A DNA stretch of 40,264 nucleotides, taken from a virus. Its lineage: Duplodnaviria; Caudoviricetes. The stretch lies in IMG/VR virus record IMGVR_UViG_3300012921_000060, positions 1 to 40,264 of that record. The stretch is one strand, 5' to 3'. A model generated the notes under the pieces. It saw nothing but the letters and a program-made list of their open reading frames with translations, searched no databases and was not told the DNA's origin. A program made the translations under genes and the position numbers. Position 1 is the first letter of the stretch. The number at the start of each line of letters is the position of its first letter. Below are positions 8,311 to 16,168 of this stretch, one piece after another.

Positions 8311-8957
8311 TGGCCCGCGAATATTCCGGCACCCCATCTTCCCGCATCGGGCGCACCAAACGCATCGCGACGCCCGCCGCCGATTTGCCGCAGACGCTCG
8401 AAGAGGCCGGGTTGCTCGTGCACCTGATCGGCGTGGCGGCCCGCACGCTCGACGCGCAGACGGCCGCGCGCGACGGCGCCGTCGCCAAGCTCGTGGCCGA
8501 CCATGCGCCGGGCATCGAAGCCTCGGCTGCGGACGTCAAGAAGATGGTCGCCAAGCTGCAGGCCTACGCGGAAGCGAACAAGACCGCGCTGCTCGCGGAC
8601 GGTGCGCGCAGCGTGCAGCTCGCGTCGGGCGCGTTCGGCTGGCGCTACGGCAACCCGACCGTAAAGCTCGACGCGGACACCGACGAAGCCGCCGCGATCG
8701 AAACGCTGAAGCGCGCCAGGCTCGGCGCGTTCGTGCGCACGGTCGAGGAGCTCAACAAACAGGCGATCCTCGACGCGCCCGACAAGATCGCCGATCTGCG
8801 CGGCCTGTCGGTCGAACAGGCCGAATCGTTCTTCGTGCGCCCGCTCGAGGTCAAGGACGCGATCGCGGGCAAGGCGGCGAAGCTCAAGGGCGCCGCGCTG
8901 CAAAAGCCCGATGCCCCCGAACCCAAGCCCAAAAAATCCAAAAAGCAGGAGACGTGA
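8310..8957 (+). CDS. gam: Mu Gam-family host-nuclease inhibitor
   Basis: SVQLASGAFGWR...FVRTVEELNKQAIL...GLSVEQAESFFVRP Gam pattern. Confidence 0.88.
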   Translation: MAREYSGTPSSRIGRTKRIATPAADLPQTLEEAGLLVHLIGVAARTLDAQTAARDGAVAKLVADHAPGIEASAADVKKMVAKLQAYAEANKTALLADGARSVQLASGAFGWRYGNPTVKLDADTDEAAAIETLKRARLGAFVRTVEELNKQAILDAPDKIADLRGLSVEQAESFFVRPLEVKDAIAGKAAKLKGAALQKPDAPEPKPKKSKKQET

Positions 8958-8958
8958 C

Positions 8959-9336
8959 ATGGTGGTTCTCGAACTCGAAGCCGACAACGAAGCCGAACGC
9001 CTGATCGCCGCCGCCGACGCGCGGCGCCAGGACTATGCCGACGGCCGCCACGGCTGGCCGTCGATCTTCGTCTATCGCTGGCACGACGCGGCGGGTTTGC
9101 GCGAAGATGCGTGTCCGCCGCGATTGCACGTGCCGGCCGACCGCGACACCGAAATCGGCTACCGGCAAAAACGCGCCAGCAGCGAGCCCAAGACGTGGCC
9201 CGCCCTGACGGTCGTGGCGCCCGGCATGCTCGCCCACTACGACGCGCTGCGCGCGGCCGGGCGCCTGCGCGACCCCGGCCATCTGGGCGCCGAGAGCGGC
9301 CTTGCCGAAGACCTGCGCCCGGCGCCGGAGGCATAG
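8959..9336 (+). CDS. Hypothetical protein
   Basis: AGGAG SD; tight packing with neighbours. Confidence 0.6.
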   Translation: MVVLELEADNEAERLIAAADARRQDYADGRHGWPSIFVYRWHDAAGLREDACPPRLHVPADRDTEIGYRQKRASSEPKTWPALTVVAPGMLAHYDALRAAGRLRDPGHLGAESGLAEDLRPAPEA

Positions 9337-9339
9337 GCC

Positions 9340-9750
9340 GTGGTCGCGCTGAATTTCCAAATGCCCTTCTCGGGCAAAGTCGAAGCAGGCATCAAACGGC
9401 GCACGATCCGGCTCGACGGCAAGCGGCGGCCGCCGCGCGCGGGCGAAACGCTCCAGCTGTATTTCGGCATGCGTACGCGGTATTGCCGCCTGCTGCGAAC
9501 GGCGAAATGCACCGATGTTCGGCGTTGCATCCTGAACGTCGGAAACGCGTCCGTTTGGCGTGTCACGCTCTACCGTCTCGAGGACGGCAAGCCGGTTTCC
9601 GAAAAGCACGTAACCGCTCGCCGATCGCTCGATGCGTTTGCGCACCTGGACGGCTTCAATGGCTGGCCCGAGCTTGTCGCGTATTTCGCGCCAAGAGCCG
9701 ATCCGTTCGGCCTTGTGGCCGGATACCTCATCGAATGGGGCGCGTCATGA
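9340..9750 (+). CDS. ASCH/PUA-like domain protein
   Basis: LNF...VEAGIKRRTIR...GETLQLYFGMRT...FAHLDGF pattern. Confidence 0.65.
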   Translation: MVALNFQMPFSGKVEAGIKRRTIRLDGKRRPPRAGETLQLYFGMRTRYCRLLRTAKCTDVRRCILNVGNASVWRVTLYRLEDGKPVSEKHVTARRSLDAFAHLDGFNGWPELVAYFAPRADPFGLVAGYLIEWGAS

Positions 9751-10172
9751 TCGACCGCGCGGCACTCGTTGCGGCCTACAAGGCGCGTCGCGGCACGGCA
9801 GAAATCTTCACGCGCCGCATGGCGATCGATATCGCCGACGAATTTGGCGTGACCGCGCGCCAGGTCATCGTGCGGCTCGAACGATACGGCGCGCTCAAGC
9901 GCGGCGCGTGGCGCTGGTTCGCCGAGAACGGCGGCATCACGCCCGAGCACTATGCGCAAGTGCGCGCGTCGCGGCGCCCGGCCAGCCCGGCCGACATGGA
10001 GCTGCGCCACGATTTTGCGGCGCTGCTTGTCCGCGGCCATTCACACCTGCCGCGCGCGCCGCGCAATCTGGCCGACTGGCTCGCGTATCGCGACGTCTGG
10101 GAACTCGCCCGATCAATCGTCCGAAACGAGGTGCCGGCGGAAATCGCAGGGAGCTCGGCACATGGCCCGTGA
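9747..10172 (+). CDS. Hypothetical protein, possible HTH
   Basis: ATGA coupling; IADEFGVTARQVIVRLE. Confidence 0.6.
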   Translation: MIDRAALVAAYKARRGTAEIFTRRMAIDIADEFGVTARQVIVRLERYGALKRGAWRWFAENGGITPEHYAQVRASRRPASPADMELRHDFAALLVRGHSHLPRAPRNLADWLAYRDVWELARSIVRNEVPAEIAGSSAHGP

Positions 10173-10512
10173 GTTCGGCGCCTTCGTTTTGTCGTGGTTT
10201 TACTCCGACTATGGCGAGGTCGCGGAAACGACGATAGGCGTGTTCCGCTCCGTCGCGGCCGCCGAAGCCGTGCGCGATGCGATCACGGCCGCGATCGCGC
10301 CCGTCGTCCAGCGCCACGAGCGGCTGCAGCGTTGGGCGCAAGAGCGCGTCGGCGAGACGATCTACATACCCTCCGAACGTTTTTGGGAGAAGTGCCGCCC
10401 GCGCCTTTGCGCCGATTTGTCGTGGATGCTTGCCTGCGACGGCGCTCCGGCGATCCAAGGCTTCCGGCTGTATCGCAGCGCACGCGCGTTTCTGGCGGAG
10501 CGCTCGGCATGA
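10162..10512 (+). CDS. Hypothetical protein
   Basis: GGAG SD; overlaps neighbours. Confidence 0.55.
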   Translation: MAREFGAFVLSWFYSDYGEVAETTIGVFRSVAAAEAVRDAITAAIAPVVQRHERLQRWAQERVGETIYIPSERFWEKCRPRLCADLSWMLACDGAPAIQGFRLYRSARAFLAERSA

Positions 10513-10778
10513 ACCCGCGCGGACAAATCGTCGCGGTCGAGCTCACCGTCGATCAGATCGACGTGCTGGCGGACGTGGCCGACAACAAGCTCACGGCGAT
10601 CGACTGCATCGACCGCGAAGACACGCGGCAGGCGGGCTTGCTGGCGTCGGCGCTCGCCGCGCTGCGCAAGGCCCGGCCGTGCACGCCGATGCGCAAACTC
10701 GCCCAACGCTTTTCGCCTCTCGCAAACCGGGGCCGCAACGTCTGCCGGAAATCCAAACGGGAGCCGACCGATGGCTGA
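10509..10778 (+). CDS. Hypothetical protein
   Basis: GGAG SD and ATGA coupling. Confidence 0.55.
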   Translation: MNPRGQIVAVELTVDQIDVLADVADNKLTAIDCIDREDTRQAGLLASALAALRKARPCTPMRKLAQRFSPLANRGRNVCRKSKREPTDG

Positions 10779-11025
10779 GTTTTTCGCGCCCGACCGCATC
10801 GTGACGATCTGGCCCGACAACGATTTGCCGGGCATCGCGGCGGCCAAACGCATCGCGCATCTGTTGCTGGCATTGCGCGCGCGCGTGTTCGTTCGCTGGC
10901 CGCCGGCCGTGGCGCCGGTCGGCTGGGACGCGGCCGACGCGATCGGGGAAGGCTACGGCCCCGACCGGCTGCGCGATTTTCTTTCGTTGGCCGAGCCGTT
11001 CGAAAGCGAGGCGCCTCATGGATAA
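10771..11025 (+). CDS. Stand-alone C-terminal half of a TOPRIM-like domain
   Basis: VTIWPDNDLPGIAAAKRIA...P.GWDAADA pattern seen in phage primase-type TOPRIM domains. Confidence 0.6.
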   Translation: MAEFFAPDRIVTIWPDNDLPGIAAAKRIAHLLLALRARVFVRWPPAVAPVGWDAADAIGEGYGPDRLRDFLSLAEPFESEAPHG

Positions 11026-11713
11026 TCTCGAACGCGACCTGTTCGGCAACGTGCGCGAGCCCGAGGCGGCGCCGACGTTGGGCGTGCAGACCGGGCTAAC
11101 GCAGCCCGGCGCGAAGTCCGGGACCTGGCCCTTCGGCGATCTGGCGCCGTTCAAGTACGGCAAAATCGTCGCCGACCCGCCCTGGTGGTTCGATCTCTAT
11201 TCGAAGAAGGGCGAGGGCAAGAGCCCGCACGCGCACTACGCGCTGATGTCCGATGCCGATTTGTTGGCGCTGCCGGTCGGGCAGCTCGCCGGCCGCGATT
11301 GCGCTTTGTGGCTTTGGGCCACCAGCCCGCGTCTCGATTTCGCGCTGGCTGTCATGCGCGCCTGGGGTTTCGCGTTCGTCACGGCCGGCACCTGGCACAA
11401 GACGACGGTGCGTCGAAAGACCGCCTGGGGCACCGGCTACTGGATGCGCTCGGTCTCCGAGCATTTCTTGATCGGCAAGATCGGCTCGCCCCCGATCGAC
11501 ATGCGCTTTGCCGCGCGCACGCCCAATCTGTTTCGCGCGCGGCGACGCGAGCACAGCCGCAAGCCGCCCAACGCCCATCGCTACATGGACGGCATCCTGC
11601 CGAACGAATTCGGCTGCGAGCTTTTCGCGCGCCAATCCCGGCCGGGCTGGGACGCGTGGGGGAACGAAGCGACGAAGTTCGATCCGGCGCCCGCGCGAGC
11701 CGCGACGCCATGA
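11018..11713 (+). CDS. MT-A70-family N6-adenine methyltransferase
   Basis: IVADPPW catalytic motif, LWLWAT, WGF, HSRKP and ELFAR..RPGWDAWGNE. Confidence 0.92.
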   Translation: MDNLERDLFGNVREPEAAPTLGVQTGLTQPGAKSGTWPFGDLAPFKYGKIVADPPWWFDLYSKKGEGKSPHAHYALMSDADLLALPVGQLAGRDCALWLWATSPRLDFALAVMRAWGFAFVTAGTWHKTTVRRKTAWGTGYWMRSVSEHFLIGKIGSPPIDMRFAARTPNLFRARRREHSRKPPNAHRYMDGILPNEFGCELFARQSRPGWDAWGNEATKFDPAPARAATP

Positions 11714-11934
11714 CCGTCACGGCCGCCGAGCTGCACGAATTGCGCGAAGCCTGGATCCGCGCCCCGCGCGGCTGCAGGACCGCGCGCGCGCGTGCGTTTC
11801 GCGCGGCCGTGGCCCAGGCGCTGCGCGAAAACGCGCCGCAGGTCGCGCCCGCTCGAACGCCGGAACCGCGCGTCTCGGAACCGCCCGAAGACGATTCCGC
11901 GAAACTCTATTGGCAGAAGGGCTCGTACGCATGA
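11710..11934 (+). CDS. Hypothetical protein
   Basis: ATGA coupling at both ends. Confidence 0.6.
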   Translation: MTVTAAELHELREAWIRAPRGCRTARARAFRAAVAQALRENAPQVAPARTPEPRVSEPPEDDSAKLYWQKGSYA

Positions 11935-12671
11935 AACCCGCCTACAGCCGCCCGACGCGCTTGGGGCCGGCCGGCCAACGGCAAACGGATCTGTCGGTCA
12001 TCCATATCGCCAAGAAGCAGCTGGCGTTGGAAGACGACAGCTATCGCGACCTGTTGGAGCGTCTGACGGGCCAACGTTCGTCGGCCAAGCTCGATGCCGA
12101 ACAGCGCCGAATCGTCCTCGCGGAGTTCAAGCGGTTGGGTTTCAAACAGCAGAGCGCGCAGCAAAGTTCCGCAAATGGCGGCGCCAAAAAGCCGCGCATC
12201 GGCACAAGGCGCCTGGCGGCCGATCCGCGCGCGCGCAAGGTGCGCGCTTTGTGGCTGACGCTGTGGCAACTGGCGGCCGTGCGCGATCCCTCCGAAGACG
12301 CGCTGGCGGCGTTCGTCAAACGCGTCGCGCGCGTGGACGATCTGGCCTGGCTCTCGCCGCAGCAATTCCACGCCGTCACCGAAGCGCTCAAGGATTGGTG
12401 CGAGCGCGAGGGTTTTGCCGTGCATGGAATGCCGGCGACCGCGACCCCCGAAGACTGGAACCGCGCGACCGTGCGCGCGATCTGGGCCAAACGTACGGCG
12501 CTGGAGACGCAAGGCGCCGCGATCGACGAATTTTTTTTCGGCAATTGGGTCGCGAAGAACGTCCCGTGCGGCACGCGCTGGGAAGAGCTCGACGCGCACT
12601 GGTCGCTGCACCTGGTCAAGAAGGCCGGCGCGTGGCTGCGCGCCGCCGTGGCGCAAGGGACGAAAGCGTGA
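11931..12671 (+). CDS. gemA: GemA/gp16 (DUF1018) regulatory protein
   Basis: IHIAKKQLALEDDSYRDLLERLTGQRSS...KVRALW...LAAFVKR...EALKDW. Confidence 0.88.
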   Translation: MKPAYSRPTRLGPAGQRQTDLSVIHIAKKQLALEDDSYRDLLERLTGQRSSAKLDAEQRRIVLAEFKRLGFKQQSAQQSSANGGAKKPRIGTRRLAADPRARKVRALWLTLWQLAAVRDPSEDALAAFVKRVARVDDLAWLSPQQFHAVTEALKDWCEREGFAVHGMPATATPEDWNRATVRAIWAKRTALETQGAAIDEFFFGNWVAKNVPCGTRWEELDAHWSLHLVKKAGAWLRAAVAQGTKA

Positions 12672-13054
12672 CCGATCGCGACATGAATACGGGCCGCCAT
12701 CCTTTCGGCCTGCCGTTGCCGTCCGTGCTGGCCGAGATTGCCGACGTTGCCGGGCTCGATGTGGCCATGATGATCGCCGAGCAGCGCGGCGGCCGACGCC
12801 TGGAAATCGCGCGCGAGAGCGCGTTGCTGGCCAGCTGGGTCGGCGCGGACGCGGCCGCCAAGATCGCCGACAAACTCGGGGTGGGCTACCGGGTCTATGT
12901 GCCGCTGGCAGCCTACCACCTCGTGCATTGGCTCAAAGACAAAGGCGTGCCGCGCGCCGAAATCGTGCGCCGCACGCGGGTTCCCGTGCGCACGATCCAG
13001 CGCTGGGAGAAGCCGCCCGCCGAGCGCGAGCAATTGAGCCTGAAGCTGCTGTGA
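12668..13054 (+). CDS. Mor/C-family transcription activator
   Basis: LPSVLAEIADVAGLDVAMMIAEQRGG N-terminal block plus C-terminal HTH; follows gemA. Confidence 0.78.
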   Translation: MTDRDMNTGRHPFGLPLPSVLAEIADVAGLDVAMMIAEQRGGRRLEIARESALLASWVGADAAAKIADKLGVGYRVYVPLAAYHLVHWLKDKGVPRAEIVRRTRVPVRTIQRWEKPPAEREQLSLKLL

Positions 13055-13275
13055 GCGATCTGGTCGACCGATATCTGCTCGTCTGGAACGCCATCGAAGC
13101 CGCAGGCGGCCCGTCGCACATGGCGCGCGTCTGGCGCATGAGCGTGCGTCTGGCCATCGCGTACCACACGGGCGAGCGCAAGCTGCCGGCCGCGCGTCGC
13201 CGAACGCTCGCCGCCGCGTTGCGCAGCCAGGCCGCGCGCGCCTTGCGCCTGGCCGACAAGCTCGATCCCCCGTAA
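13051..13275 (+). CDS. Small Cro-like HTH protein
   Basis: GTGA coupling; AIEAAGGPSHMARVWRMSVR...GERKLP. Confidence 0.55.
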   Translation: MSDLVDRYLLVWNAIEAAGGPSHMARVWRMSVRLAIAYHTGERKLPAARRRTLAAALRSQAARALRLADKLDPP

Positions 13276-13346
13276 CCCGTTCGCTTGACTCCGCATACGA
13301 TCGTCGCGGAGTCTGCGCGCAGCTTCGCGCCCCGGCAATAGCCCCC

Positions 13347-13392
13347 GGCGACACGCGTCGTCCTGCGCCGCATCTCGGCGCGCGGGCATGTT
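13347..13392 (+). promoter_or_regulatory. Candidate late promoter (Plys-like)
   Basis: GGCGACACGCGTCGTCCTGC (19/20 identical to 21139-21158), with a CATGTT -10-like box at identical spacing. Confidence 0.7.
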
Positions 13393-13398
13393 GGCCGG

Positions 13399-13968
13399 AT
13401 GAGCATCCCGCCCGCAAAAATCCCCCCCGGCAAAACGATACGCCGCGTTCTCGTGCTGCATCCGAGACTGCCGACGCCGCCGACCGACCAGGAAATCGAC
13501 GTGATGGCGCGCACGCTGTGGGGCGAGGCGCGCGGCGAACCGTATACCGGGATCGTCGCGGTCGCGTGGGTCATCCTCAATCGCGCGCGCGCCGATGTCG
13601 GGGGCGACGGCAAACCCGACTGGTGGGGCGAAGGCATTCTCGGCGTTTGCTGCAAGCCGTGGCAATTCTCGTGCTGGAACGAGAACGATCCCAACCGCGC
13701 CAAGATGCTCGCGCTCAAAGAGGGCGACTGGACGTTCGACCGCATGCGGTTCGTCGCGCGCCAAACCGCCCAGCTCGCGTTCGACGGCGATACGGGCGAG
13801 CGCGACGCCGCCGGCGGCGAGCGCGCCCGGCGGCACGTCGATCCGACCGACGGCGCGGTCGCCTATCTCACGTCCAAGCTGCTCGCGACCGCGCCGCCCA
13901 AATGGGCGCTAGGCCGCACGCCGTGCTGCACGATCGGCGCGCACGCGTTTTTCAAGGAGGTGTTCTGA
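13399..13968 (+). CDS. Endolysin, SleB/Hydrolase_2 cell-wall hydrolase family
   Basis: MARTLWGEARGE, AVAWVILNR, WQFSCWN.NDPN, DPTDGA, IGAHAFF. Confidence 0.9.
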   Translation: MSIPPAKIPPGKTIRRVLVLHPRLPTPPTDQEIDVMARTLWGEARGEPYTGIVAVAWVILNRARADVGGDGKPDWWGEGILGVCCKPWQFSCWNENDPNRAKMLALKEGDWTFDRMRFVARQTAQLAFDGDTGERDAAGGERARRHVDPTDGAVAYLTSKLLATAPPKWALGRTPCCTIGAHAFFKEVF

Positions 13969-14135
13969 TGGAATTTTTCTTGAACGCGCTGTTCCTGGCC
14001 GTCGCCGTCTCCGTCGCGGCCGGCGGCGTCGGCATCTTGCGCGGCGCCAAAAGCGCCGGCGAAGGCGGGTTCGGACTCGGCCTTTCGGTTGCCGGGGTCT
14101 TCCTGACCGTCCATGCGCTGAAGGCGTTTTTCTGA
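13968..14135 (+). CDS. Small two-TM membrane protein in the lysis cassette
   Basis: 55 aa with two hydrophobic stretches; GGAGG SD; TGATG coupling on both sides. Confidence 0.65.
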   Translation: MEFFLNALFLAVAVSVAAGGVGILRGAKSAGEGGFGLGLSVAGVFLTVHALKAFF

Positions 14136-14707
14136 TGGCGCTCTCGCTGCTCGCTTCGATCGGCTTGCCGGCCCTCGTCAAACTCGTCGGCGGCGCGCTC
14201 GGCAAGATTGACAACCCGGTGGCCAAGACGGCTGCGGCCGCGTTGGGCGACGTGGGCGCCGCCATCGGCGCCAAGACGATCACGCCCGAACAGCTCGCCG
14301 AAGGCAACCGGCATATCGAAGCGCTCGACAAAACCGAGAGCGAAGATTTCCAGACGGCGTTGCGCGAAGTGAACGCGACGATGCGCGCGGAAGCGCAAAG
14401 CGACGACGCCTTCACGCGGCGCTGGCGGCCGTTCTTCGGCTACGTCACCGCCGTGACCTGGGGCCTGCAGGCGACGGCGATCGCGTTCGCGATCGTCTGG
14501 GCGACGCTGACGCCCGAACAGAGCGCTGCGATCTTCGCGGGGCTCTCGGCGCTGATGGGCGCGATGACCGTGATGTGGGGCATCGCCCTCTCGGTGCTCG
14601 GCGTCAACGCGGTCCAGCGCAGCCGCGACAAGGCGGTGGCGGCGGGGCTCTCGCCGCCGTCGATGGTCGAGGCTTTGTTCAAGCGCGGCAAGGATGCCAA
14701 GCCGTGA
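14135..14707 (+). CDS. Holin (3TM GTA-holin-like)
   Basis: MRAEAQSDDAFTRRWRPFFGY followed by TM helices and RSRDK. Confidence 0.75.
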   Translation: MALSLLASIGLPALVKLVGGALGKIDNPVAKTAAAALGDVGAAIGAKTITPEQLAEGNRHIEALDKTESEDFQTALREVNATMRAEAQSDDAFTRRWRPFFGYVTAVTWGLQATAIAFAIVWATLTPEQSAAIFAGLSALMGAMTVMWGIALSVLGVNAVQRSRDKAVAAGLSPPSMVEALFKRGKDAKP

Positions 14708-14892
14708 TCGACGAAGCCGATCGCGCGCAGCTGCGCGAGACCGACGCGCGCGACACGGCGATAGCGCGCGCGGTTTTCGGCGCGCGTCTGGCCGACCGTA
14801 TCTGCGTGCGCTGCGGCAACGATCTGCCGCGCACCGTGCGCGAGGCGCATCCCGATTGGACCGATTGCAACAATCTCTGCGGCTTCAGGTGA
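14704..14892 (+). CDS. TraR/DksA-like C4 zinc-finger protein
   Basis: IDEADRAQLRE N-terminus (DxxDxA) and CVRCGNDLP...CNNLC. Confidence 0.7.
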   Translation: MIDEADRAQLRETDARDTAIARAVFGARLADRICVRCGNDLPRTVREAHPDWTDCNNLCGFR

Positions 14893-14896
14893 GACG

Positions 14897-15277
14897 ATGA
14901 ACCAGGACTTTTTGCAGCTCGGCCACTACGCGATTTCGGTGATCGGCTTCGTCGCCGGTCTTTTCATGCTGCTGATGCGGAGCCAATTCGTGGCGCGCGC
15001 CGATTTCGACGGCTACAAAAAATCGATCGACGAACGCTTCACGGCCGGTTCGCAGAAGATGGCGGAGCTTACCTCCGTCATCGGCCGCGTCGAAGTGGCC
15101 CTCGGCAATCTGCCGACCAAGGACGATCTGCACCAGCTGGCGCTGGCGCTGCAGGAACTGCGCGGCGACCTCAAGTCGATTCGCACCGAAACCAAAGGAT
15201 TGGCCGACGACATCGAGCGTCAGGGCGAAACGCTCGTGCGCCACGAAGACATCATCGCGCAGGGGAACCGCGCATGA
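14897..15277 (+). CDS. Mu gp25-like (DUF2730-like) TM plus coiled-coil protein
   Basis: N-terminal TM; LPTKDDLHQL..ELRGDLK; position before gp26. Confidence 0.65.
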   Translation: MNQDFLQLGHYAISVIGFVAGLFMLLMRSQFVARADFDGYKKSIDERFTAGSQKMAELTSVIGRVEVALGNLPTKDDLHQLALALQELRGDLKSIRTETKGLADDIERQGETLVRHEDIIAQGNRA

Positions 15278-15573
15278 CCGCCCACCTGCACGAGGCCTGG
15301 CGCGAGCATTTGCGCATCGCGCTGCTGCGCACGCTCGCCAACGCGCCCGCCCACCAGCTCAACGACTCGATCCTTGCCGATGTCGTGCGCAACGCCGGCA
15401 TCAATGCCACGCGCGACCAGGTGCGCGTCGAACTGCAATGGCTGGCCGAAGCGGGGCTCGCGTCGCTGCAAAGCTTCGATGCGCTCGCGGTCGCAACGCT
15501 GACCGGGCGCGGCGAAGACGTCGCCGCCGGCCGCAGCCTGGCGCCGGGCGTCAAGAAGCCGTCCGCGCGATGA
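15274..15573 (+). CDS. Mu gp26-like winged-helix protein
   Basis: RIALLRTL...NDSIL...RDQVRVELQWLAE.GL...LTGRGEDVA.G...PGVKKP. Confidence 0.85.
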   Translation: MTAHLHEAWREHLRIALLRTLANAPAHQLNDSILADVVRNAGINATRDQVRVELQWLAEAGLASLQSFDALAVATLTGRGEDVAAGRSLAPGVKKPSAR

Positions 15574-15604
15574 CCCCGCATCGCGCATCGACAAGGGCGC
15601 GCTG

Positions 15605-16168
15605 ATGGCCCGCAAGTCGACGATCGACAGATTGCCGGTCGAGCTGCGCAAGGAAATCGCGCGCCTGCGCGACGAGCGCGCTTTGTCGATCGACAATATC
15701 CTGGCGCATCTGCGCGCGCTTGCGCCCGAGGCGGATATCTCGCGTTCGAGTTTGGGGCGCTACACCAAACGCATCGACGCGATGGGCGCCATCCTGAAAG
15801 ACGCGCGCGACGGCGCCAATGCGCTGGTCGCCCAGCTCGGCGATCGCGGCGAAGGCGACGTCCAGCGCATGAACGTCGAGCTCGCCCAGTCGCTGCTCAC
15901 GCGCTTCATGATTTCGGAGACCGGCGTGCCCGTGCAGCTCGACGCCAAGGAGGCGAGTTTCCTTGCCGCCGCGATCAAGAACCTGACGGCCGCTAGCCGC
16001 GACAATGCCGCGTTCGTCGAAGCGGTCGAGAAACGCGCGCGCGCCAAAGCGGCCGAGCTCGCGAAGTCGGCCGCAAAATCCGCCGGCATCTCGGCCGAGC
16101 TGGCGGACACGATCGCCGCGACGATTTTGGGCGTCGCCGCACCGGCCGCCTTGCAGGCGCCGCCGTGA
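15605..16168 (+). CDS. Mu gp27-like terminase small subunit (DUF3486)
   Basis: MARKSTIDRLP...ISRSSLGRY; precedes the large terminase. Confidence 0.85.
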   Translation: MARKSTIDRLPVELRKEIARLRDERALSIDNILAHLRALAPEADISRSSLGRYTKRIDAMGAILKDARDGANALVAQLGDRGEGDVQRMNVELAQSLLTRFMISETGVPVQLDAKEASFLAAAIKNLTAASRDNAAFVEAVEKRARAKAAELAKSAAKSAGISAELADTIAATILGVAAPAALQAPP

